Shown here piece by piece: positions 25,918 to 37,400 of a stretch of 64,000 bases of DNA (the first letter of the stretch is position 1; each line of letters starts with the position of its first letter). Below the pieces are notes generated by a model. The model was not told the origin of the DNA, ran no database searches, and worked only from the letters and a program-made list of their open reading frames with translations. The translations under genes and the position numbers were made by a program. Origin of the DNA: Octopus sinensis (lineage: Eukaryota); NCBI RefSeq assembly GCF_006345805.1, contig NC_043013.1:27404001-27468000 (forward strand), in the 5' to 3' direction.

Positions 25918-27294
25918 AAGTGTGTGAATTTGAAATTGGAATATGTTGAATAAAATCACAAAAAAAACATGTTCATCCCTGCTCCTTGGAGAGGTTCTTT
26001 CCAGAGGCAGACACTCTGATTGTAGAACAAGTAAAGCCATTGATTGTGTATTAACGTTGAAGTTACAACTCTGTTTCTGAAGAACAATATACTTGTTAGA
26101 TTTCTATAATCATTACATCTTTACTTTCAATTTGAATTTATCATTCTGAGTGGGTTATCAATCAAAAAAAGCTAACATAGCCGTTTATACAAACTTAACA
26201 TTCTGCTTTGTTCTTTTTTTTTTTTTTAATTCTTTATCTATGCTGTTTCTTTCATATATTTTATCTTCTGTATCTAACTTTTGAACTCTAACAATGTATA
26301 TGATAATAAAAAAAGCCAATGATCCTCTACATAGCTATCTGAATTGCTAGAGGTAGCAGTTAAATCTCTTTCAAATCAGACCTTATGTTCTTACAAAAAC
26401 AAAAACAAAAAATGTTGGGGCAGGGATACTTTGGGGAATCTAGTTACCGATATACAAAAAGACAAGGTGCCGATGCTTGCAATGATTTAGATCCTATGAC
26501 TGCTTATTTTGTCAGGGAGGATCTGATGTTATGACATGAATGAAAGTCCATATTATTTAATATATTTCAGTCTATTCTATTATATATTAAAGAGCATACT
26601 GAGACAATTGGGTGCAGCTGTTTGGAGACTGATGATTTGGCATGGCTGAGTCGACATGCAGTCTGTTTTGGCAACAGTACATTTTGGCTCTGGAGGCAAA
26701 TACACACATAGACACACACATACATGCAGATGCTTACAAAAATATACACATACAGATAGAAAGAGTGGGTGTGTGCGAGAGAGAGAGAAAATGAGAGAGG
26801 GGGAGACAAACAAACAGAAAGAGAGGGAGAAAGAGAGTGATAGTAAAAGAGAGAGGGAAAGAGGGAGAGAATGAGAGAAACACTATGATGTCTGATGTCA
26901 AATAAGTCAGCTTCAAACTAGCGATACCAAATAAATGGCATCAAAACAGCTGTGCTATAACGTCTCCCATCCATTATAGCAGTGGTTCTCAACTGGGGTC
27001 CATATAAGATTTTTGGGGGTCCACATAATAAAATAGCAAATTTGGAATTCACAATACTATTTTAAGGGCCCCTGATAAAAATTTTGATTTAGATATATGC
27101 ATTGGTATCTCTTGTAAGAAACAGATAGGTTTCTTTTTCTAACATTTTATATAGTTCCACTTACACAAGTTTATGTGAAAACCAAAATTGGAATTTTGAA
27201 AGAAATTTCTATAACCTTAAACATCGAATGACTAGGGTGGGGTCATCAGAATAATAATAATAATAATAGTAATAATAATAATAATAAAATAATT

Positions 27295-27640
27295 GCCCTG
27301 ATGCAATACCAGACAGTAGCTCTCTTAACTGATTGGAAGTGTTATCATGTACATTGTTTTGTCTTGGTATAAAAAGATGGGTGGGCTACAGCAAATATTC
27401 TGCTCAATACCACAGATTTGCTTGTCAATTGCTTGACCTTAACCAGTTGAGCATGTCCCTTAGGAGCTGACAATATGTACATTTCTGATCACGAGCAGTA
27501 GTGGGGGAGCGTCATAGCCATGTGTTGAGAGGAATTCTCAGGGGTTTGAATAATTCACCTCTGGGAAAATGGGTGTTTTGTTCATCATCCTTATTCAGGG
27601 ACCTTTCCAGCAGAATAGGCTACTTGACCTGAAGAAAATT
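27295..27640. mobile_element. Unclassified interspersed repeat abutting (TAA)n
   Basis: Shares cctgatgcagtaccag..gttatcatgtaca..cagcaaatattctgc..acagatttgcttgtca with 29095-29240. Confidence 0.65.
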
Positions 27641-27641
27641 T

Positions 27642-28035
27642 GGATCTTTTCCTTTTGAATGACAGATGTCAACGCAATTTCTAGTTAACTGAACACTTTT
27701 AAACTTCGCATACTGGTAAAATGTGTTTATAAAACATCATTTTTTCTTGGCTTTATTGAGAAAATTCTATATGTTGTAATATATTTCCCCTTTAAAATCA
27801 AGCCTTTCGGCAATTTTAACCAATCACTCACCTCCATTTGGGGTGAAAAGATTCCATGCTGTATGAATATGTCCCTTGTTTAAGAAACAGATTGGGCTTA
27901 TTTACATTTGCGAAGAAAAAAAGATACCCTTCCTCCACCCCTAACCCTAATCCTAAAATAGATTGAAATGCAATAGATCGATACTAGGGTCATAATTATG
28001 GGTGACAATTTCATACGACACCGCTACGGAAAATG
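27642..28035. mobile_element. Probable non-autonomous DNA element with internal ccctaaccctaa motif
   Basis: Begins ggatcttttcc; contains ccctaaccctaatccta at ~27938; resembles an abundant octopus repeat as I recall it; right end decayed. Confidence 0.45.
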
Positions 28036-28197
28036 GGATTTTTTTCTAGTGGTGTCAAAGATCATGCACTGTTTATCTTGATATAAGGTCACCATGTCAT
28101 GCACATATGGTTGTGATGCATGTGCCTGATGTACCCTTATCAGACGGGAAGTCATGATGAGTGTCACTTTTATGGCATGCATTGTTCTCTCACTCAA

Positions 28198-28680
28198 CAA
28201 TAATAATAATAATAATAATAACAATAATAATAATAATAATAATAATAATAATCCTTTTAACTATAGGCACAAGGCCTGAAATTTTGGGGGAGGAGACTTG
28301 TCAATTACATCACAATTTATCAACCTCACAAGGATGAAAGGGCAAAGTTGACCTTGGTGGAATTTCATCTCAGAACGTAGCAATGGGTAAAATACTGCAA
28401 AGCATTTTGTCCAGCATGCTAACGATTCTGCCTGCTCACTGCCTTAATAGCAATAATAATTATGATAATAACAATGTTTCTTCATACTACAGGTACAAGA
28501 CCTGAAAGTTTGCAGAAGCCAATAGTTGATTACATAGACCCCAGTACATGACTGGTACATCTTTTATCAATCCTGAAAGGTTGAAAGGCAAAGTCGATCT
28601 CAGTGGAATTGAACTCAACATAGAGCCAAAAAAAAAATGCTTAGAGATTCTGCCAGCTACAACATTACAATAATAATAAT
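28198..28680 (-). mobile_element. (TAA)n tract plus two tandem SINE family A copies
   Basis: TAA tract 28198-28252 is the SINE tail on the antisense strand; second copy starts ~28475. Confidence 0.8.
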
Positions 28681-29051
28681 AACAAGAGCACTCAGAGAGC
28701 GCAAACCTCTGCCAAGGCAACACCAATGTCCTCCCAACGATTAGTGAGAAATGATTTTTAAAATGAGAATATTTGAAATAAACTCGACTGCTCTCACAAA
28801 CGAGAATATTAAAAATGAACCTGACTACTATCAAAAATTAATTAAAAAAAAAACACGAAAAATATAATTCAGAATTCTTGTCCAGTACCAGATCAATCCC
28901 AAAGTCTAATCAGTTCATGCTAGTCATGAGGCCAAACATCCCTGAAAGTTTCATCTGAGTCCATCCAGTGGTTCTTAAGATATCTTGTCCACAGACAAAC
29001 AAACAAATGTGACTGAAAACAATACCTCTGCCTTTGCTAAGGTGGAAGTAA
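28681..29051 (-). mobile_element. Helentron/Helitron2-like non-autonomous element
   Basis: Terminal hairpin tacctctgcc-tttgctaa-ggtggaagta, matching subterminal acctctgcc at the other end, second hairpin gcactc-aga-gagcgc, and a GTTT/GTCT run. Confidence 0.55.
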
Positions 29052-29289
29052 TAATGATAAATATCCTCATGCAGTACCAGGAACTGACTCATGTCCTGAT
29101 GCAGTACCAGGCACTGGCTCTCATGACTTTTGATCTTAACTGTTATCATGTACATGTTTTGTCTTGGTGTAAAAGGATGGATTACAGCAAATATTCTGCC
29201 ACAGATTTGCTTGTCAGTTGTTTGACCATAACCAGTTGAGGACCAGGTGGTAGTAGCAGAGGTGGTGGTGATGTTAAACCAGGTATAAT

Positions 29290-29640
29290 TTCAGCCAAAG
29301 AAAAAGAGAAAGGCGTGCTCGACCAGAAGCATTTTAAAGATCTGTTGAAATACCAGTTCACCTAGTCAGGGACCAATCCTACAGGGTGGGAGGGAGCTGC
29401 AGCAATTAGGGAAGTGTTGTGAGACTGTATCCAGATTGCTGCAAGCTACTTTGAAAAAGTAAGAGCAAATGAGGAAAGCCAAAGAAGGAAACCATCATCA
29501 TTATGACCTCACCCCATCCAACCAAATCTTACATATTTGGCCAACGTGTGCCAGAGCCTGTCATTCAAGGATCAGTTTACATAACCATTTGAGAGCTTGC
29601 TGATCTTTCTAATTATCTTCAGGCACAAAAAACTACTATG
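29290..29640 (+). mobile_element. RTE-clade LINE 3' end remnant
   Basis: DQKHFKDLLK motif followed by a decayed C-terminal Cys/His knuckle region. Similar RTE tails at ~30220-30350 (+), 41650-41990 (-) and 54934-55060 (-, [14 protein letters not shown]). Confidence 0.55.
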
Positions 29641-32600
29641 ATCTCTAGCTATTTAAGATTACAAGTGAATGTGATAAACAAATCAAGTCTGCCATAGTTG
29701 CGGACACAAGTCATGCTACTCTGCCTGTGCTCTTACATGTAGCATGAACTACCTGTGAAGAAACAGACAGAATAACTAACTGCTTCACATTGACAGAAAG
29801 ACCATCATTTGCAAAATGAATCCAGTTCTAGTGCCCCCTGACTGGCTCCCATGCTTGTGGCATGTAAAAAGCACCAACCGAACATGGCCGATGCCAGTAC
29901 CCCCAGACTGGCTCCTGTGTCAGTGGCATGTAAAAAGTACCAACTGAACAGTCGATGCCAGGTCTGCCTGATTGGCTCTCATGCCAGAGGCATGTAAAAA
30001 GGACCCACTACACTCTCAGAGTGGTTGGCGTTAGGAAGGGCATCCAGCTGTAGAAACATTGCCAGATCAGATTGGAGCCTGATGCAGCTGCTGGTTTTCC
30101 AGACCTCAGTCAAACCATCCAACCCATGCTAGTATGGAAAATGGACATTAAATGATGATGATGAGTGTGTGTGTGTGTGTGTGTATGTGCATGCATGTGT
30201 ATATTATATCACTTAAAGTGGCTGGAACTTGTGGAAAAGGAAGACATGGGACATAGTACTGAAGGCTGATCTTAAGACACTCAGTCTTATGAAGGAGATG
30301 ACAAAGGACCAAGATATCTGGTGCTTTGCTTTATTCAGAAAAGACTAGTCCAACACAGCAGAACTGATAACCTAAAACTCCCTTAACAATGCTAGTCTAT
30401 GAGGGGTTCTGCCCCACCCCTTCTCTGCTCTGTCAACCTTCCTGCCACCACATTTCATCCCCTAATACCTATCACCTCTCTATCATCCAAGAGCAGAATA
30501 GGCATATACTACATGCTTCGTGTTTTCTTTCAGCTCCTCCTTCAACCAATCCCCTCTCTTCCCTTTGCTGTTCTCCATCATTAACACCTTGCTTACCTTC
30601 TTCCTGCAATCATCCTCCAAGCCCTCACATATCTACCACAATCCCTGCTCCCAAGCCTCTCCTATATTTCTCACCACCATTTGCTGCAGTCACCCCCAAT
30701 CCTATCCACTCACCTAGCTCAAACCTCTGTGTCACCCCACCTATTTCACCCTCCCCAATTTCCCTTAAGAGTAAGCCCTGATGCACCTTTGCTATCATCT
30801 CTCTCATTATCGCTCTTTATCTTTCTCTCTCAGTCACTCTCCTTTCTTTTCCATCTGGGTCATCCATGTATCTACTCTACAGCAAGACACCTACCTGTCC
30901 CTCTATACCTGTAATTTCTCAAGTGGCACAAAGCTACACCCACTCACTACTACTCCCCCACCCAGTTGAGGGGTTTTTGTCATGCAAAGTACTCTGATAT
31001 ACTCTGCAAAGTGGTTGTGGTTAGGAAGGGTATCCAGCCATAGAAACTGTGCCAAAATAGACGATGGAACCTGGTGTGGCTAGAACTTATGCCATTATGG
31101 ACATTAAATGGTGAACACACACACATGGAAGCACAGACATGCTGATGTCTTAAGAAGTTTGCTTCCCAACTATATGGTTTTGGGTTCAGTCAAACTGTGG
31201 TGCCTCGGGCAAGTGTTTTCTACTATAGCCTTGGGTTGACCAAAGGCTTGTGAGTTGACTTGGTAAAATGGAAACTGAAAGAAGCCCTTAATTTATGTGT
31301 GTGTCATTGTGTTTGTCTCCCCCCAACTACTTGACAAGCACTGTTGGAACCTAGTGGTTCAGCAAAAGAGCCTGATAGAATAAGCACCAGGCTTAAAAAT
31401 AAGTATTGGAGTTGATACACTCCACTGAACTTTCCAAGGCAGTGCCCCAGTATGGCTGCAGCTCAATGATTGAAACAAGTAAAAGATAAAATATATATCA
31501 TCATTTAACTTCCATTTTCCATGCTGGCATGGGTTGGACGGTTTGACAGGAGCTGGCTAGCTGGAGAGCTGCACCAGGCTCTGATTGTCTGTTTTGGCAT
31601 AATTTCTACAGGTGGATGCCTTTCCGAATGCCAACCACTTTAGAGTGTATTGGGTGCTTTTACACAACACTGGCACAAGTGATTTAATGTGGTAACACCA
31701 TGTGAGTTTAAGAGAAATAACTTGGTGGCCAGTGGCATATATATGAACACCATAGACAAATACAGGTATACGAAATACCATACAACATAAATTCTAGATT
31801 CATTAAAACTACCTCTGCCTGTAGATTATGTGAGAACAGTTCCATATGCAAAGATGAAATAATCTCAAGAATTAAGAATGCTCCAAAGTTGACACACCAT
31901 AAAGGAAAAGGAGAAACTTATTGTTTTGAGAGAAGAGGGCAGTCGTAGGAGACATGTTTCTGCCTTAATAGGCATCGTCTGCATAACAATTGTCCTAAAT
32001 TATGCCCAAGTAGCCAAGGGACATAAACATATACAAAGAGAGTAGAACACACTTATGGCTTAGGTAATTTGCATAAATTAAATAAACATGAGCTAAGAGA
32101 AATAACTCGGAGTAGTCAGTGGAAAAATATATGAACAATGTAGACAAAAACAGATATTTAACCTATATTCTATTCACATATTATATAAATGTTATGAAAT
32201 GTCGTGAGTACATTATTCTCGATCTTAATGTAATAACGTTGATATATTAACCTTCCGCAATTCGAGACTTATACCATTATTAAAAATTAATATCAGCCAT
32301 TTAGTTGATACCATTTCGCCTATTGCCAACCTGTTTTATATATTATAAATATACACACACATGTATGTATATAATATATATCATATATATATATATATAT
32401 ATATAATATATATATATATACACACACACGTGGATATATATATATATGCACACACACTTCGTTACAAACATTCTTCGCTACTCGAAAGTGGGCCACAAAA
32501 GCCATGTGATTAGGAGCCAGGAGTGACTGACTGTAATTGCAAAACTTCTTAATGTGCCTGAGTAAGGCACATAACTCTGTTCCACTGACTGACTGACAAA

Positions 32601-32808
32601 AGGAAAAAGTCGGTTCAGTTTTCTTTTCGGTTGAGTTGTTCTGTCGGCCTCGGGAATTCCATTTGCGTGAAAATAAATACAATTGCTTTTACATAGACTA
32701 AAATTTCGTGTGGGGCAAAAAACAAAAAACAAACAAACCATATATTAACCTGTAACGCGGAAAAAGTAAAGAAAACTATTGGTTGGATTCTCTGTTGGAA
32801 ATAATTTT

Positions 32809-32870
32809 GGAAGTTTCGAGAAATTTTTTATTAAAGCATGTCTATGGTTGCCGTCTTTCTAGAAAAATCC
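32809..32870. promoter_or_regulatory. Heat shock element cluster
   Basis: gGAAgtTTCgaGAAa at 32809-32823 (perfect 3-unit nGAAn array) and tTTCtaGAAaaATCc at 32856-32870, upstream of an Hsp40 gene. Confidence 0.7.
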
Positions 32871-34224
32871 AGGCCAGAAATATGCGCAAAAGCAATGTTT
32901 TCCTTCTAATCTGTGCACTCATGCGTGTCCACGCTAACAACTAGCATTCATAGGAAAAATTATGCATTTGTAAGATTTCCAAGATAGAATCGAATTGTTT
33001 TAATTGAAGATATTATTTCATATAATAAAATGATAATTTCCTTATAAATTCTCAAGTAATACATACTTTAAAGTGGTGTTCATTTGCTTAAGTGTTTGAC
33101 AGATGGTTAACTCGTATGGATGCGTACTTTATTTGCAAAGATGAAATTGACACAAGCAAATTTCTGCACACCCCATCAAGTAAAATATTAAAGGACAGTA
33201 AATATGGCAAACCGTCAGTATCTTGTTAAATATGGCAAACTGTTAGTATCTTTTTAAATCAAGTGACACCAGAGTCTCAAGTAACAAGCTAAGGTACAAT
33301 ATATTTGTATGAAGTAGGTTGACACCGAATACATAAACGAAACATTGCCTACATATGTATTATATTTGTTTCTGAAACACGAGAAATAGCTTGAGGTTCA
33401 ACAATAAAGTTCTGAACATCACCAGTTCGGTTCAATCAACAACGATGTGTCTAACATTTCTCGCGGATGTACAGAATGGAATTGACACATGAGACAATGT
33501 ATGGTGAAGAGCGCGAGGTCTTGGCACTTAATTACGTACCGAAGGAATGAATGAATGGAAAAATCATGTTGCTTAACTTGAAGTCAACCCTGATAAAAAA
33601 GCCATTTCAGCTGTGATCATTCCGTCTCTTTAGGTGTTTCTAGAACATTATATATATGTTCTTCCTGATTTTGTATTGTTTTTTTCCTGAGATTGCGTGC
33701 GATTTGACTATTATTTCTGACAAGTTAAGCTACCGCGCGGTTTCGACAAACTTCATTGGTTACTCAAGTTGGCAGAATTGTTAGCATACCAGACATGTTT
33801 AATGGCATTTCTTCCGGCTCTTTACGTTCTGAGATCAAAATCTGCCAAGGTCGACTATGCCTTTCATCCTTTCAGATTCAATAAAAGCAATAATCGACTA
33901 GCTCCCCACCCTACACCTAAATTTCAGGCCTTGTGCCTATAACAGAAGAAAGAAGCCTTTGTGATTGTCCCCATTATCACTTCATAACCGGTATTGGTTT
34001 GTTTCCATCCCCGTAAATTAGCGGTTCGGCATTAGAAATTGATAATACCAGGCTAAAATAAATAAATATATATATATAATAATGAGGGTGATTCGCTCGA
34101 TTAAAAATCTTCGAGGTGGAACCCCAGAATGACCGCTGACTGAAACCAGAAGTGAATAATGAAAATGAACGGCTGCCGCACATTTGTCGCTCGTGTTTAG
34201 CGAGGTTTCCCAAACACAGTTGTG

Positions 34225-34300
34225 CGGCGGACGTTGATTGGTCGGCGAGTAGTGACGTCAGTTACCTTTGAGCAAGACGGAAGTGTGTCTGTTCTGTCCG
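34225..34300 (+). promoter_or_regulatory. DNAJA2 proximal promoter: inverted CCAAT, full CRE, ETS site
   Basis: ATTGG 34237-34241, TGACGTCA 34253-34260 and CGGAAGTG 34278-34285 in a CpG-enriched patch 80-130 bp before the ATG. Confidence 0.8.
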
Positions 34301-34366
34301 TGACTGAAGTGACTTTTAAGCACAGCACCGAGAGAAGACTAGCAAATTAGGACTCTGCTGCGAGAA

Positions 34367-34435
34367 ATGGAAGATTTAAACTTGTATAACGTTTTGGGAG
34401 TAACAAAAAATGCTTCCGGTAGTGAAATCAAAAAG
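34367..34435 (+). CDS. DNAJA2: DNAJA2 coding exon 1
   Basis: [23 protein letters not shown]; donor AAG|gtacg; phase 0. Confidence 0.93.
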
Positions 34436-37400
34436 GTACGTTGTATTCCAAAATTTAGTTTTAAAACTACGTGAGTACCAAAAAATGTTATGTAATATAT
34501 TTACACAGGCACAAAATCTTTATATATTTTTTTTATTATTAAGCACAGAAGCAACATAGGGACTCATGGGCCGACAGTTTCGTGTGTTATCACCTACAAA
34601 ATCTGTACATATCTAGGTGTGTGTGTATATATATATATATGTATATGTATGTATGTATGTATGTATATGGTGTTTTATATGATAGTATTTAAGGGGTACC
34701 GTTAAGAGACCTCTGTACTGAAAGTAGTACCAAAATTTTTGTACTTCAATAATTATAAACCATTATAGAAGTGAATAAAGAAAATGTTTTTTTTAAAATT
34801 TGTTCTGATAAAAATATGGTTAAAGCAGAGAAGGAAATGGACAGATGGAGAGGGGTGTCGAGGAATACTCCTCTTTCTGTTTCATGTACTTTTGATTTAT
34901 CAGTTTCAAACATGTCTTAGATCTTAAATGCTCTACGAAGTTGAAATGTTCTTTTTCGTTAATAACAGTGATAGTAATAATATTTTGTTTTAGCCCCCGT
35001 TCCCCATTAATAAGTTCGTATATATATGATTTTCCGATCGAGTTATAATAATGATTCCTTTTATATTAAACTTCCGCTTTTGGAGACCCTATGGCTCTAT
35101 TAAAAATGAATATTAGCCATTTAAGTTGACACCATTATGACTTGGCAATCTGTTACGGGTTTTACGTCCTCGCACACACACATTTGTACACACATCTTTG
35201 GATATATAAACGGGAGAAAGACTACTTAGTACATGTATTAGACTAGTTTATTCATTGGGAAGAAAAAAAATCTGTTATTTATGATAATATCTGACTACCC
35301 CTTCAACAGAAACCAGTCATAATATAATAAATATTCGGTAAGTCTTTGACTAAATTCGGCAATGAAATGAAACTGGGAGAATGTATTTTTTAATTTTTTA
35401 TTTGGAATTGGTTTATTTCGAAATTGTTTATATCTAGAGAGAAGAAAATGGCTGGTTCTCTTGAAAGACGACATGCGGCGGTGAGAATTACGGGCGACAT
35501 TATTAACATCGATAAGCTAACTGAAAGGAATTATATGTGGTACTGGATATTTGTATCAATTACGATTAACATTGAAAGTATAATTGTATTATCCCACATC
35601 GTTGGTATTAAATTTATAATTCAGTGATATATTGTCATGAATCAATACGTTTGGCGTGAATCGCCACCACACATGTTGAGATGGAAAAGCTGGGTATTAT
35701 CAAAGAATTAGGCAAGGTTATTTATATTTTGGATCTCATATTCCACTGCATCGCCTTTGAAGAACATAGGTGCTGGTGGGTTTCAGCTTGATTGCAAACA
35801 ATATGTTATGGAGCTTTTCGGCGTCGCTTTCTTGTCCAGTTTGGTGGAGGGAAAATGTGTCATCGTAGGGATAGTCGAAAGTCATTCATTCACTACAAAC
35901 ACCACCGTGGTCCTTATCAAGAGGGTCACTAGGTTCTTGACATGGTAGATCCCCATAAGAGTGTACTTGTGCCTATCTCTGATCGAAATATTGCGACTTT
36001 GTTTCCAATAATTACTAACCAGGTGTTGTCAGGTACCCGTGTATAAATATATATATATATAACTTGAGTACTAGCTTACCTATCATCGATTACAAATCAT
36101 GATATTGTGTAACGGTTGTCATTATTTCATAGACCCAAGACATCGATTTACCAATACAAATACATAAGAAGGGATAAGGCACTTGAGACATTCTTTTTCA
36201 TACCTATTTGCAGGAATTTACTTAGCGACAATCACACTCAGAAATGTTTTTATGCCATTTGTTTAATGCTTTCGACAACAACTATCCCGTTAATTTTTAT
36301 ATTTTAGTTTATTATTCAACAAATTATAATAAAATCAAAAGAATTTTAGCCAAAAAACCCCCGAAAAAACATTACAGTTATCACTTTATTATTACATCAG
36401 GTTTGTATGATTTTTATTTCATTTCAAAGAAAACAATTCTTTCACTTTTGTTTCAATGCCGAATTTCTATCATTGGCTGATTTCTGACCACTTCAGTTAT
36501 TTCACTTAACTGAATCATAAAACGAAACATCGCTTGGACATACTAAGTAAAAATAATAGATGAAGAAAAACCCCGAGTAGATCATTAAGCTTAAATTTGT
36601 AATCTATCCGTTAGTAACTATTAAACTGAACTTATAACGCTGGCAACAACTTCATTTGTAATATCTCAACAATTCAAAAAATAAGAAGTGAAAAATTTGT
36701 AATGAAATTTGATTATGCTGTCTTGATTACACTGTCTACCCCTGCTTATTGTATGACAATCATTTGGGAGTAGAGAAAAATGAAACTCCATTTACAACTA
36801 GCCAGCTTTCAGCATAGTTAGCACTCTATCACATAGATACAAGTCTGATTTAGTTTGTCACTTCAATACCTAAACGTCGTCACTTTTTCCGCTAACTTGG
36901 ACCATTGATTCTTTATATAAATATATATATATATATATATTTTATATTTCTCTATATAATATATTGGTGTGTATTGTAAATTTGTGATCGTAATATATTT
37001 GGTGTTCTCCTTTAACCTTCAACTTTAATGTCTTTTCTCTCGGCAAATGGCTGCTCTTATTACACACACCTCTTGAAAGACACAGATATTGAAAGATAGC
37101 AGTTTAACAATTTAGATTGATTTAATTATTCATTCTACTTTGTTTCGATATCCGTTTTAATCCTACTTATAGCAAATGATCATTAGCATTCTTATTTCTA
37201 AACGGGGAGTAATGTTGGAAATTTTTCACCAGTTTCTTTAAATTTTTCGCTGGTATAATTATATCTGATAAAATTTACAAGAACTTAAATGAATTTAATT
37301 TTGACAATAAACCATATATATAAACTTATAAAAAGAACACGACACGACGATAGTATGTTTTAAAATCCTCTCCTATGATATCCTATACTATGTAAATGAT

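Noticed and set aside
33199-33259. 29-bp tandem duplication upstream of the promoter
   Set aside because: Simple local duplication with no evidence of function
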